Part shown: piece after piece, positions 43,817 through 55,741 of the stretch
Numbering within the stretch: position 1 is the stretch's first letter
Layout of the letters: each line of letters starts with the position of its first letter
Assembly (NCBI GenBank): GCA_963763015.1
Contig: CAVXML010000006.1
Span: forward strand, 302,050 to 366,049
DNA: 64,000 bases
Origin: an uncultured Actinomycetota bacterium
GTDB taxonomy: Bacteria; Actinomycetota; Actinomycetes; Actinomycetales; Dermatophilaceae
Direction of reading: 5' to 3'
Translations under genes and position numbers: made by a program
Notes under the pieces: model-generated
The model's database searches: none
Told to the model about the DNA's origin: nothing
The model's input: the letters and a program-made list of their open reading frames with translations, nothing else

Positions 43817-43938
43817 GGGCGGCATTCTCGCCGATCTGCGGAAGCGTTTCCACCGCGGACGTCGGGAGGCCGCCGCCGGGGGCAGAGGCCGAGCGGGCAC
43901 GGGCACCTGCGACGCTGCGCCCCGGCCGCGCGCGAGGT

Positions 43939-45924
<1,986 letters not shown>

Positions 45925-45972
45925 CGGTCCACCGTATGCCGGGGCTCGCCGCGGAGTGGCCGGGCCGGCGGG

Positions 45973-46884
45973 TCAGTCGTCCAGGGCCTTCGCGAGCGCG
46001 ATGCTGAAGGACACCTCGTGGGCGTTCCCGTCGTCGAGCGCCCAGACGGCCTCGATGCCGCAGCGGACGATCGTCCACAGCCGCGCGACGTCCGCGTCGA
46101 TGCCGGCCGCGTCGCAGACCAGCTCCACGCGCCGCCGGACCGACCACCGGAACGCCGCCCCGGTGCCCAGCTCGTCGGTACGGTTGCGCAGCACGGCGTG
46201 CAGCTCGAACCCGGGATGGCCCCCGATCGGCTGGGGGTCGATGGCCAGCCAGGGCTCGCGGACGCCGGCGAGGACGTTCTCGTAGTGCAGGTCGCCATGA
46301 AGCAGGGCCTCGTCGCCTGGCAGCTGGCGCACGAGCTCACGGTGCAGCCCGACCGCCCGGGAGACGAACCGGCGCGGCAGCGAGTCGCGCCGCTGCAGCT
46401 CGTCGATCCACCCCTGCGACCACGGCCCCAGCCGGCGCAAGGGCGGTGGTGCCGGTCGGTGCAGCCGGGCCAGCAGCGACCCGATGACCGTGCATGCCTC
46501 CTCCACGTCGACCCGGCTGAGGTCGCGGGTCGCGTCGAGGCGTTCGAGGAGCAGTGCCCCGCGGGACGGCTCCGCCGCGACGAGCCGCACGGCTCCGTTG
46601 CCCGCCCAGTGCCGGAGGGCCAGTGGCTCGCCGTCGGTGTCCTCGCTCGGCCTGACCAGCTTCAGGACCAGTGGCTGGCCGTCCCGCGTGACCGGGGCGA
46701 CGACCGCGGTCCAGCCGGTGCGCAGCTCGCCGTCGGCCTCGAGGTCCCACCTCGAGAACTGCTCCTCGAGCAGGCGTTGTGCCCGCGCCGCCCAGGCCGC
46801 ACCCGAGGGACCACCCTCGGCGGGGAGGCGGGAGATCCACTCCAGCCACTCCAGCGGAATGACGGGAACGCCCGGTGCACTCAC
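45973..46884 (-). CDS. APH(6)/hydroxyurea-kinase-like aminoglycoside phosphotransferase family protein
   Basis: LVLKL, LLERL, LLHGDLHYENVL, WLAIDP; GTGA overlap with the upstream gene. Confidence 0.82.
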   Translation of the reverse strand: MSAPGVPVIPLEWLEWISRLPAEGGPSGAAWAARAQRLLEEQFSRWDLEADGELRTGWTAVVAPVTRDGQPLVLKLVRPSEDTDGEPLALRHWAGNGAVRLVAAEPSRGALLLERLDATRDLSRVDVEEACTVIGSLLARLHRPAPPPLRRLGPWSQGWIDELQRRDSLPRRFVSRAVGLHRELVRQLPGDEALLHGDLHYENVLAGVREPWLAIDPQPIGGHPGFELHAVLRNRTDELGTGAAFRWSVRRRVELVCDAAGIDADVARLWTIVRCGIEAVWALDDGNAHEVSFSIALAKALDD

Positions 46885-47842
46885 TCCAGGCCCGGGAAGG
46901 GCAGCAGGTCCAGGCCCCACCGGTGCGCCTCGACCTCGACGGTCCCGAGCCACCGGGTCACGGCAGCCATCCCGAGGACGCCGGCCGCGGTGACGACCGG
47001 TTCGAGGTGCGGCCCGTACCCGGCACGCAGCGCCTCGTGAACCTCGCGGGCCAGCCGGGCGGCATCGGCCGGGGTGCGGACCTCGAAGGGGAGCGGATGG
47101 CCGAGGTCCTGCTCCGGGTGGGCGCCACCGGCCACCTGGTCGGCGAGCAGGCCGCGCAGCGCCTGGAGGCTGGTGTCCGACCGGGCGCGCTGGCTCCCCG
47201 TGGACCGGGCACTCACGACCTCGAGGAGCCAGATCGCGGCGGCCGTCTCCCGGGCGAGCTCGGCCACCGGCGCGGCATCCACCGGATCCAGGGGAACGCG
47301 GGGTGGCCGTCCGGCGAGCAGGGCCGCGGCGGCATACCGCTGGGCGTGCAGTGCCGCCACGGGGGCCCGCAGGTCCCTGCCTGACACCCGCGAGGTCTCC
47401 GGCCGACGCGGCTGCCGCGCCCTCGTCCGCCGCCAACGCCGCGACCGCCCGAGCGGTGGGCGCCACCGAGGGGCTCGGGGCTGCCGGACCCGGTCGGTGT
47501 CGCCGTCCTGGTGGCCGGCGCCGCGTCGAGGGCGGACAACGGCACCTGCTGGCGCGCGAGCGTGGTGCGCAGCACCGTGTGCTGACGGCGGTGGAGCGCG
47601 GCGAGGTCGCCACCGAGGTCGCCCCCGAGCGCAGCGGCCTCGTCGGCCAGGGCGGCGGTGTCACGGGTGAGGGCCACGAGCTCCGCCTCTGCGGGGACGG
47701 GCGTTCTCGTCGGCACGAGCGGAAGCTTCGGGGCGCCGTCCTCGAGCCGGATGCCGCACGAGGCGGACGGCAGCGCTGCAGCGCCCAGCGCGGTGGCGAG
47801 AAGAGCGCGACGGGGCACCGGCCCACCTGCTCCCTGCGCCAT
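46881..47842 (-). pseudogene. DUF4439/ferritin-like putative lipoprotein interrupted by two apparent +1 frameshifts
   Basis: The coding signal passes through three frames: MAQG...ASCGIRLED...TGSGSP | PSPSVAPTARAVAALAADEGAAAASAGDLAGV | GRDLRAPVAALHAQRY...PFPGLE. Span is 962 nt (3n+2). Confidence 0.6.
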
Positions 47843-47943
47843 GCGCGCATCCTCCCACGGCGCCCCGAGGGCTTCGGGAACTGTCCTACAGTGGTGGTCG
47901 GCGGCCACCGGCCGACGGTCAAACTGCAGAGAGGAAGGGCCCC

Positions 47944-48462
47944 ATGACCACCGCGGAACGCATCCGGCCCGACCTCGAGCAGGCACTCGTCGGCAGCGGC
48001 CTCGTGCTCGAGGACGTCACGGTGACCCCGGCGGGGAGGCGCCGCGTGGTGCGGGTCCTCATCGACCGGGACCTCGGTGGCCGCGAGACCGTCACCGAGC
48101 GCACCGAGCCGCTCTCGCTCGACGAGGTGGCCGACGCCACCCGGCTCGTGGGGGAGGCCCTCGACCGTTCCGACGCGCTGGGGGAGCAGGCCTACACCCT
48201 GGAGGTGTCGTCCCCGGGCGTCGGCCGACCCCTCACCGAGCCGCGCCACTTCCAACGCAACATCGGCCGCCTGGTCACGGCTCGGCACGACGGTGCCGAG
48301 ACCACCGGTCGGGTGACCGCTGCCGACGCGGCGCAGGTGACCCTGGAGGTGCCGGCCAGCCGGAGCAGTCCGGCCCGCACCCAGACCATCCCGTATGCCG
48401 GGATCGAGCGCGCGGTCGTGCAGGTCGAGTTCGCCCGCCCCGACGAGACTCCGGAGAGCTGA
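47944..48462 (+). CDS. rimP: Ribosome maturation factor RimP
   Basis: [40 protein letters not shown]. Confidence 0.95.
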   Translation: MTTAERIRPDLEQALVGSGLVLEDVTVTPAGRRRVVRVLIDRDLGGRETVTERTEPLSLDEVADATRLVGEALDRSDALGEQAYTLEVSSPGVGRPLTEPRHFQRNIGRLVTARHDGAETTGRVTAADAAQVTLEVPASRSSPARTQTIPYAGIERAVVQVEFARPDETPES

Positions 48463-48463
48463 C

Positions 48464-49615
48464 ATGGACATCGACCTGGCGGCCCTGCGAGCACTCGAGC
48501 GGGAGCGCGGCATCTCGCTGGACGTGCTCATCCCCGCCATCGAGCAGGCCCTGCTCCTGGCGTACCAGCGCACTGAGGGCCATGACCGCCACGCCCGCGC
48601 CGAGCTCGACCGCAAGACCGGCCACGTCGTCGTGTGGGCACGCGAGGAGCTGGAGGCCCCCGTCGTGGACGAGGTGGACGAGGACGGCAACCCGGTTCGT
48701 GCGCGGCGTGAGCTCGGCCCGGAGTTCGACGACACCCCCACCGGCTTCGGTCGCGTCGCGGCGGCGACGGCCCGCCAGGTGATCGTCCAGCGGCTGCGCG
48801 ACATCGAGGACGAGGCGATCCTCGGGGACTTCAAGGGCCGCGAGGGTGACATCGTCGCCGGCATCATCCAGCAGAGCCCCGACCCCCGGCACGTCACGGT
48901 CGACTTCGGCAGCGTCGAGGGGATCCTGCCGCTGGCCGAGCAGGTTCCCGGGGAGTCCTACGTGCACGGCCAGCGCCTGCGCTGCTTCGTGGTCTCGGTG
49001 AAGCGCGGGCCCCGCGGTCCCCAGATCGGGCTGTCTCGCACCCATCCCAACCTCGTGCGCAAGCTGTTCGCCCTCGAGGTCCCCGAGATCGCCGACGGCA
49101 GCGTCGAGATCGCCGCCCTGGCGCGTGAGGCCGGCCACCGCACGAAGATCGCGGTGCACTCGGCCGTTCCCGGCCTGAACGCCAAGGGCGCCTGCATCGG
49201 CCCGATGGGTGCCCGGGTGCGCGCCGTCATGAGCGAGCTGCACGGCGAGAAGATCGACATCGTCGACTGGTCCGAGGACCCGGCGACCTTCGTCGCCGCC
49301 GCCCTCTCGCCCGCTCGGGTGTCCTCCGTCGAGATCGTGGACCGCCAGCTGCGCTCCGCCCGGGTCGTCGTGCCCGACTACCAGCTCTCGCTCGCCATCG
49401 GCCGCGAGGGCCAGAACGCCCGGCTGGCGGCCAAGCTCACCGGGTGGCGGATCGACATCCGACCCGACACCGTCGGGCCGGCGCCGGCAGGGCGGCATCC
49501 GACAGGGCGGGATTCGGCAGGGCGGGATTCGGCAGGGCGAGGTCCGGCAGGGCGGGGTCCGGCAGGGCGGGATCCGGCGGGGCCGCACACGGGTGACGCG
49601 CCCGACCCCGGGTAG
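48464..49615 (+). CDS. nusA: Transcription factor NusA with a C-terminal pentapeptide repeat tail
   Basis: [14 protein letters not shown]1 domain, [47 protein letters not shown]. Confidence 0.97.
   Translation: MDIDLAALRALERERGISLDVLIPAIEQALLLAYQRTEGHDRHARAELDRKTGHVVVWAREELEAPVVDEVDEDGNPVRARRELGPEFDDTPTGFGRVAAATARQVIVQRLRDIEDEAILGDFKGREGDIVAGIIQQSPDPRHVTVDFGSVEGILPLAEQVPGESYVHGQRLRCFVVSVKRGPRGPQIGLSRTHPNLVRKLFALEVPEIADGSVEIAALAREAGHRTKIAVHSAVPGLNAKGACIGPMGARVRAVMSELHGEKIDIVDWSEDPATFVAAALSPARVSSVEIVDRQLRSARVVVPDYQLSLAIGREGQNARLAAKLTGWRIDIRPDTVGPAPAGRHPTGRDSAGRDSAGRGPAGRGPAGRDPAGPHTGDAPDPG
49484..49588 (+). repeat. 15-bp in-frame tandem repeat (6 full units plus 1 degenerate)
   Basis: Consensus CCGGCAGGGCGGGAT at 49484, 49499, 49514, 49529, 49544, 49559, 49574, encoding [35 protein letters not shown]. 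Confidence 0.92.
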
Positions 49616-49625
49616 CGGTAGACTG

Positions 49626-49961
49626 GTGCAGACCGACCGGACTGGACTCCGGCCCGGACAGCCGGTGCGCACCTGCATCGGGTGTCGTGGGGCGGATAGC
49701 CGGTCGGCACTCCTGCGAGTGGTCCTCGGGCCCGGTGCGGGCGGCATCCCTGTCGTCGTCCCGGACCCCGAGCGCCGTCGTCCGGGACGTGGCGCCTGGC
49801 TGCACCCGGTCGTCTCGTGCCTTGACCTGGCCGTCCGCCGTCGGGCGTTCGGGCGCGCGCTGCGCAGCAGCACGCCACCGGACCACACCGCCATCGCCGA
49901 CTGGGTCAGGGCACACACGCAGGACCAACCGTCCGAGAGCAAGAACCGAAAGCGGGTTTGA
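49626..49961 (+). CDS. ylxR: YlxR/RnpM family RNA-binding protein
   Basis: PVRTCIGCR, LLRVV, PGRGAWLHP...C...AVRRRAFGRALR; lies between nusA and infB. Start approximate. Confidence 0.9.
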   Translation: MQTDRTGLRPGQPVRTCIGCRGADSRSALLRVVLGPGAGGIPVVVPDPERRRPGRGAWLHPVVSCLDLAVRRRAFGRALRSSTPPDHTAIADWVRAHTQDQPSESKNRKRV

Positions 49962-49966
49962 CGCTG

Positions 49967-50012
49967 ATGAGCACCCGATGAGTACTCAGCGATGAGCACC
50001 CCCCAGCTGTAA
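49967..50012 (+). promoter_or_regulatory. Chain of three ATGA-coupled micro-uORFs upstream of infB (MSTR*, MSTQR*, MSTPQL*)
   Basis: ATG AGC ACC CGA TGA (49967-49981); ATG AGT ACT CAG CGA TGA (49978-49995); ATG AGC ACC CCC CAG CTG TAA (49992-50012). The sequence is directly visible; translation is inferred. Confidence 0.7.
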
Positions 50013-50053
50013 CGACGGTCCGCGCGCAGAGCCCGGACCTGGACAGGAGAAAC

Positions 50054-52867
50054 GTGTCTAAAGTCCGTGTGAGCGCACTTGCCAAGGAGCTCGGAGTGAC
50101 CAGCAAGGTCCTCCTCGAGCGCCTCAACGGCATGGGCGAGTACGTCAAGAGCGCCAGCTCGACGATCGAGCCCCCTGTGGTGCGGCGCTACCGGGAGAAG
50201 TTCCCGGACGACGCGCCCAAGGCCGCCGCCCCCGCAGCGGCGAAGAAGGCCGCTCCGGCGGCCCCTGCCCCGGCAGCCCCCTCTGCCCCAGCCGCGCGCG
50301 ACGCCGCGCCGGCGGCGCCGTCGTCGTCGGCTCCGGCGGCCGCGGCGCCCGCCCAGGCGCCCTCGCGGCCCGCCGAGGTAGCCCCCGCGGCATCCGCACC
50401 GTCGGCCCCGGCGGCCGCCGCGCCGGCGCCCGCAGCGCCCGCACCCGCAGCGCCCGCGCCCGCTCCAGCAGCACCGGCGCCGTCCGCACCGGTGGCACCG
50501 GCCGCCCGTGACGCGGGTGGCCAGGGTGCGCCCCGCCCGGCCCCCCGGCCGGCCAGCGCCCCGCGCCCCGGCAACAACCCGTTCGCCCCGAGCCAGGGGA
50601 TGGGCCGCACCCGCGAGCCCTCGCCCCGTCCGGGCAACAACCCGTTCGCCCCGAGCCAGGGGATGCCGCGGCCGCAGAGCCGTCCGGGCGCCCGTCCCGG
50701 TGCGGCCGGTGCCGGTGCGGCCGGTCCGCGCCCCAGCGGCTCCCGTCCGAGCCCCGGCATGATGCCCGACCGCAGCGCGGTCGCCCGTCCCGGTGAGCGT
50801 CCCGCCCGCGGCGGCGCGCGCCCCGGTGGTCCCGGTGCCGGTCGTCCCGGTGCCGGCGGCGGCGCCGGTGGCTTCGGTGGTCGCCCCGGCGGACCCGGCG
50901 GCTTCCGCGGTGGTCCCGGTGGCCGTGGCGGCACCCAGGGTGCCTTCGGCCGCGGTGGCGGTCGTCCCGGCCGCGCCCGCAAGTCCAAGCGCGCCAAGCG
51001 CCTCGAGTTCGAGGAGATGCAGGCACCGTCGATCGGTGGCGTCAGCGTCCCCCGCGGTGACGGCACCACCGTCATCCAGATCCGCCAGGGCGCGAGCCTG
51101 TCCGACTTCGCCGACAAGATCGACGCGAACCCGGGCGCCCTCGTCACCGTGCTGTTCCACCTCGGTGAGATGGCCACGGCGACGCAGAGCCTCGACGAGG
51201 ACACCTTCCGGCTCCTCGGTGGCGAGCTCGGCTACGACATCCGCATGGTCTCGCCCGAGGAGGAGGAGCGCGAGCTCTTCGACTCGTTCAACATCGACCT
51301 CGAGATCGGGGTCGACACCGAGGACGAGGACGACCTCGAGGCCCGTCCGCCGGTCGTGACCGTCATGGGTCACGTCGACCACGGAAAGACGCGCCTGCTC
51401 GACGCGATCCGCAGCGCCGAGGTCGCCGCCGGCGAGGCCGGTGGCATCACCCAGCACATCGGTGCCTACCAGATCCACAAGGAGCACGAGGGCGTCGACC
51501 GTCCCATCACCTTCATCGACACCCCTGGTCACGAGGCGTTCACCGCCATGCGTGCCCGTGGTGCCAAGGTGACCGACATCGCCATCCTCGTGGTGGCCGC
51601 GGACGACGGCGTCATGCCGCAGACCATCGAGGCGCTCAACCACGCCCAGGCGGCCGACGTCCCGATCGTCGTCGCGGTCAACAAGATCGACGTCGAGGGT
51701 GCCAACCCCGCGAAGATCCGCCAGCAGCTCACCGAGTACAACCTCGTCGCCGAGGAGTACGGCGGCGAGACGATGTTCGTCGACGTCTCCGCGAAGCAGG
51801 GGCAGAACATCGACCAGCTGCTCGAGGCCGTGCTCCTCACGGCCGACGCGGCGCTCGACCTGCGGGCCAACCCCGAGCGCGACGCCCGCGGCATCGCGAT
51901 CGAGGCCAACCTCGACAAGGGTCGCGGCGCCACGGCGACCGTGCTCATCCAGTCGGGCACGCTGCGCGTCGGTGACGCCATCGTGGCGGGCTCCTCGCAC
52001 GGCCGCGTCCGGGCGATGCTCGACGAGCACGGCAACCAGGTCCCGGAGGCACTCCCGTCGCGTCCGGTCCAGGTGCTCGGCCTCTCCACGGTCCCGCGGG
52101 CCGGCGACACGTTCGTCGTCGCCCCCGACGACCGCACGGCGCGCCAGATCGCCGAGAAGCGCGAGGCGGCCGACCGTCAGGCGAGCCTGGCCAAGGCCCG
52201 CAAGCGCATCTCGCTCGAGGACCTCAACGAGGCCCTTGCGGCGGGCAAGGTCGACACCCTCAACCTCATCCTCAAGGGTGACGTGTCGGGTTCGGTCGAG
52301 GCGCTCGAGGACGCCCTGCTCCAGATCGACGTGGGCGAGGAGGTCGACCTGCGCATCATCGACCGCGGCGTCGGCGCGATCACGCTGAACAACATCAACC
52401 TCGCGATGGCGTCCAACGCCATCATCATCGGCTTCAACGTGCGGGCCGAGGGCCAGAACGCCGAGGTGGCCGAGCGTGAGGGCGTCGAGATCCGCTACTA
52501 CTCGGTCATCTACCAGGCGATCGAGGAGATCGAGCAGGCGCTCAAGGGCATGCTCAAGCCGGAGTTCGAGGAGGTCGAGCTCGGCACGGCAGAGATCCGC
52601 GAGATCTTCCGGAGCAGCAAGTTCGGCAACATCGCCGGCTCGATCGTGCGCAGTGGCGAGATCAAGCGCGGCACCCGGGCGCGCATCACCCGGAACGGTG
52701 TCGTCGTCGCCGAGAACGTCGAGATCGCCGGGCTGCGCCGGTTCAAGGACGACGTCACCGAGGTCCGCGAGGGCTTCGAGTGCGGCATCAACCTCGGGTC
52801 GTTCAACGACCTCCAGCTCGAGGACCTCATCAGCACGTACGAGATGCGCGAGAAGCCCCGGGCCTGA
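50054..52867 (+). CDS. infB: Translation initiation factor IF-2
   Basis: [14 protein letters not shown], Pro/Ala/Gly-rich linker, [23 protein letters not shown]; SD AGGAG. Confidence 0.98.
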   Translation: MSKVRVSALAKELGVTSKVLLERLNGMGEYVKSASSTIEPPVVRRYREKFPDDAPKAAAPAAAKKAAPAAPAPAAPSAPAARDAAPAAPSSSAPAAAAPAQAPSRPAEVAPAASAPSAPAAAAPAPAAPAPAAPAPAPAAPAPSAPVAPAARDAGGQGAPRPAPRPASAPRPGNNPFAPSQGMGRTREPSPRPGNNPFAPSQGMPRPQSRPGARPGAAGAGAAGPRPSGSRPSPGMMPDRSAVARPGERPARGGARPGGPGAGRPGAGGGAGGFGGRPGGPGGFRGGPGGRGGTQGAFGRGGGRPGRARKSKRAKRLEFEEMQAPSIGGVSVPRGDGTTVIQIRQGASLSDFADKIDANPGALVTVLFHLGEMATATQSLDEDTFRLLGGELGYDIRMVSPEEEERELFDSFNIDLEIGVDTEDEDDLEARPPVVTVMGHVDHGKTRLLDAIRSAEVAAGEAGGITQHIGAYQIHKEHEGVDRPITFIDTPGHEAFTAMRARGAKVTDIAILVVAADDGVMPQTIEALNHAQAADVPIVVAVNKIDVEGANPAKIRQQLTEYNLVAEEYGGETMFVDVSAKQGQNIDQLLEAVLLTADAALDLRANPERDARGIAIEANLDKGRGATATVLIQSGTLRVGDAIVAGSSHGRVRAMLDEHGNQVPEALPSRPVQVLGLSTVPRAGDTFVVAPDDRTARQIAEKREAADRQASLAKARKRISLEDLNEALAAGKVDTLNLILKGDVSGSVEALEDALLQIDVGEEVDLRIIDRGVGAITLNNINLAMASNAIIIGFNVRAEGQNAEVAEREGVEIRYYSVIYQAIEEIEQALKGMLKPEFEEVELGTAEIREIFRSSKFGNIAGSIVRSGEIKRGTRARITRNGVVVAENVEIAGLRRFKDDVTEVREGFECGINLGSFNDLQLEDLISTYEMREKPRA

Positions 52868-52888
52868 GCCCAGCCCCACCCTCCCCGC

Positions 52889-52968
52889 CTCCCCGACTTC
52901 GTCTGTCGGAGTGCCGGCGACACGCCGCTCCAGCGGCGGTTCGCAGCACGTTGACAGACGAAGTCGGG
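52889..52968. repeat. REP/MITE-like palindromic element, copy 1
   Basis: 16-bp perfect TIR CCCGACTTCGTCTGTC (52892-52907) / GACAGACGAAGTCGGG (52953-52968); homologous to 58795-58877. Confidence 0.85.
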
Positions 52969-53315
52969 CAGCGGGGACGGATGGCGCACGACCGTGGATG
53001 CCGTCCGCTCGCCGTCCTGCACCGCCCGTCCAGCGTGCTCCGTCGGTGGAGCCGAGGTAGAGGATCACGCGCGGGCGGGCCCCTGACGCGGTTGTCCGCT
53101 CCGAACCGGGGATGTACACCCGTCCGGAGCGGACAACCCCGTCATCCTCCGTGGCTCGCTCGCTCCGCACGGGCGTACCCCAGCGTCGCCCTGAGATCAC
53201 GGACATCCGCCCGGCTCGCGCTCGACACCGTCATCCAGCCGGCTCGCGCTCGGGCCGGAGCCACAGCCCCGATCACTACAGTGGTTTACCCGTCCCGACG
53301 AGCCAAGGAGGAGCC

Positions 53316-53825
53316 GTGGCCGACACCGCGCGCGCCCAGAAAGTCGCCGACCGCATCAAGACGGTGACCGCCGAGAACCTCGACGCGATCGTCAAGGACC
53401 CGGACCTCGGCTTCGTCACGGTCACGGACGTCCGGGTCACCGGCGACCTCCAGCACGCCTCCCTCTTCTACACGGTCTTCGGGGATGAAGCGCAGCGGGC
53501 GACAACCGCCCGACTCCTCGAGGTGAACAAGGGCAAGCTCCGCTCCTTCGTCGGCAAGCAGCTCGGCATCCGGCTCACGCCGAGCCTGGAGTTCATCGCC
53601 GACGCCATCCCCGAGACCGCTGCACATCTCGAGGACCTCCTCAAGGAGGCCAAGGAGCGCGACGCCGAGGTCGCCCGCGCGGCGGCCGGTGCCCGGTACG
53701 CCGGCGACGCCGACCCCTATCGCAAGGACCGGGAGGACGAGCCGCCGGTCAGCAACGGCCGGGTACCCGTCCCCGACGACGCCGACGGACCGGCCCCCGA
53801 GGAGCCGGGTGACCAACCGCGCTGA
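53316..53825 (+). CDS. rbfA: Ribosome-binding factor A
   Basis: RAQKVADRI, KDPDLGFVTVTDVRVTGDLQHA, LGIRLTPSLEF; SD AAGGAGG. Confidence 0.96.
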   Translation: MADTARAQKVADRIKTVTAENLDAIVKDPDLGFVTVTDVRVTGDLQHASLFYTVFGDEAQRATTARLLEVNKGKLRSFVGKQLGIRLTPSLEFIADAIPETAAHLEDLLKEAKERDAEVARAAAGARYAGDADPYRKDREDEPPVSNGRVPVPDDADGPAPEEPGDQPR

Positions 53826-54768
53826 CGCCGGGTCCGGCAGCGCGACGCCGCACGCGGCATCCACGCCCGACGGCCTGCTCGTCGTCGACAAACCCAAGGG
53901 CTGGACGAGCCACGACGTCGTCGCCCGGGCCCGCCGGCTCTGTGCGACACGGAAGGTCGGGCACGCCGGCACGCTCGACCCCATGGCCACGGGTGTGCTC
54001 GTGCTCGGCGTCGGCCGGGCGACCCGGTTACTCACCTTCCTGGTCGGCGCCGACAAGGACTACAGCGCGACCATCCGCCTCGGGCAGACCACGATCACCG
54101 ACGACGCGGAGGGGGAGGTGACCTCGTCGCCCGGGGCCGCCGGTCTCGACCGGGCCGCGGTGGTCGACGCCACACTCGCGTTGACCGGTGTGATCGACCA
54201 GGTCCCGAGCGCGGTGAGCGCGATCAAGGTTCGCGGCGAGCGGTCCTACCACCGGGTGCGCGCCGGCGAGGAGGTCGACCTGCCGGCCAGGCCCGTCACG
54301 GTCTCGCGCTTCGACGTCGGCGACGTACGCGCGTCGCAGGTCGACGGCATCGCGGTCCTGGACGTCGACGTGGTCGTCACCGTGTCGTCGGGCACGTACG
54401 TCCGCGCTCTCGCCCGCGACCTCGGAGCGGCGCTCGGAACCGGAGGTCACCTCGTCGCCCTGCGGCGAACCCGGGTCGGCGGCCTGGGGATCGAGCACGC
54501 GCACGCTCTCGCCGCACTCGAGGCGCGACAGGGTGAGCGGATGCCGGTCGTGCCACTCGCCGAGGCCGCCCGCGCCGTCTTCCCCGTGCGCGAGCTCGAC
54601 GAGGCGCAGGCCCGCACGATCGGCTTCGGGCAGCGGCTGTCCTCGGCCGTTCCCGGCCGCAGCCACCCGGTGGCCGCCATGGGGCCGGACGGCACGCTCG
54701 TGGCGATCCTCGACGAATCGCGGCCGACGGCCCGCAGCCTCGTCGTGTTCGCCCCCTCGACTTCGTAG
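53809..54768 (+). CDS. truB: tRNA pseudouridine(55) synthase
   Basis: VVDKPKGWTSHDVV, KVGHAGTLDPMATG, PSAVSAIK, SSGTYVRALARD. Confidence 0.96.
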   Translation: MTNRADAGSGSATPHAASTPDGLLVVDKPKGWTSHDVVARARRLCATRKVGHAGTLDPMATGVLVLGVGRATRLLTFLVGADKDYSATIRLGQTTITDDAEGEVTSSPGAAGLDRAAVVDATLALTGVIDQVPSAVSAIKVRGERSYHRVRAGEEVDLPARPVTVSRFDVGDVRASQVDGIAVLDVDVVVTVSSGTYVRALARDLGAALGTGGHLVALRRTRVGGLGIEHAHALAALEARQGERMPVVPLAEAARAVFPVRELDEAQARTIGFGQRLSSAVPGRSHPVAAMGPDGTLVAILDESRPTARSLVVFAPSTS

Positions 54769-54778
54769 AGTGTTCCCC

Positions 54779-55741
54779 GTGCATCGCTGGACCGACCTGT
54801 CCCGGACCCCTGAGGCCCTGCGGCCCTGCGTCCTCACGCTCGGCAACTTCGACGGCGTCCACCGCGGTCACCGGGCGGTGCTCACGGCCCTCGTCGAGGC
54901 CGGTCACCGGCTCGGGTTGCCTGCCGTCGCGATCACCTTCGACCCGCACCCTGCTCAGGTGCTCCGGCCCCACGAGGCACCCGAGCTCATCACGCCGGCC
55001 GAGCTGCGCGACGACCTCATCGCCGAGTGCGGGATCGACGGACTCCTCGTCCTGGACTTCACCCGGGAGTTCGCGGCCCAGACCCCCGAGGACTTCGTCC
55101 GCTCCGTCTTCGTCCGCGGTCTCGACGCCCGGTCGGTGGTGGTGGGCATGGACACCCGCTTCGGGTACCGGAACGCGGGGGACGTCTCGACGCTGGCCGA
55201 CCTCGGGGAACAGTTCGGCTTCGAGGTGGTCGCCCTCGACGACGTCGGCGACGGCGAACGCTTCTCGTCCACGGTCGCGCGCCGGCACCTGCGGGCGGGG
55301 GAGGTCGCCGAGGCCGCCCGGATCCTCGGTCGCCCCCACCGCGTCGTCGGCATCGTGGTCCACGGCAACCACCGCGGTCGCGCCTTGGGCTACCCGACGG
55401 CCAACCTCGCCACGGACTCCCTCGGCCTCGTCCCCCTCGAGGGCGTCTACGCCGGCTGGCTGACCCGGGTCGAGGCCCCTCCGAGGGACCCGGACCGCAC
55501 GATGCCGGCCGCGATCAGCGTGGGGACCAACCCGACGTTCGACACCGATGACCCCCGAACGGTCGAGGCCTACGTCCTCGACCGTGACGACCTCGAGCTG
55601 TACGACGAGAAGGTCATGGTGGAGTTCACCGCCCACATCCGCCCGACCCTGCGGTTCGACACCGTCGAGGACCTCACCACCGCCATGGCCCAGGACGTCG
55701 AGCGGTGTCGCGAGCTGCTGACCAAGATCGTCCCGGCCTGA
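54779..55741 (+). CDS. ribF: Bifunctional riboflavin kinase/FAD synthetase
   Basis: GNFDGVHRGH, TFDPHP, FSST, GYPTAN, ISVGTNPTF, VEAY. Confidence 0.96.
   Translation: MHRWTDLSRTPEALRPCVLTLGNFDGVHRGHRAVLTALVEAGHRLGLPAVAITFDPHPAQVLRPHEAPELITPAELRDDLIAECGIDGLLVLDFTREFAAQTPEDFVRSVFVRGLDARSVVVGMDTRFGYRNAGDVSTLADLGEQFGFEVVALDDVGDGERFSSTVARRHLRAGEVAEAARILGRPHRVVGIVVHGNHRGRALGYPTANLATDSLGLVPLEGVYAGWLTRVEAPPRDPDRTMPAAISVGTNPTFDTDDPRTVEAYVLDRDDLELYDEKVMVEFTAHIRPTLRFDTVEDLTTAMAQDVERCRELLTKIVPA

Noticed and set aside
45973-46884. Acquired streptomycin resistance gene
   Set aside because: Kinase motifs only give family membership; it sits in a chromosomal position next to rimP with host-like codon usage and no mobile context.
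50200-50960. Pro/Ala/Gly-rich repeats and duplicated [14 protein letters not shown] in IF2
   Set aside because: Normal feature of actinobacterial IF2 N-terminal regions.
48275-53206. 1643-aa minus-strand ORF
   Set aside because: Antisense shadow of nusA-ylxR-infB caused by high GC3; no recognisable motifs.
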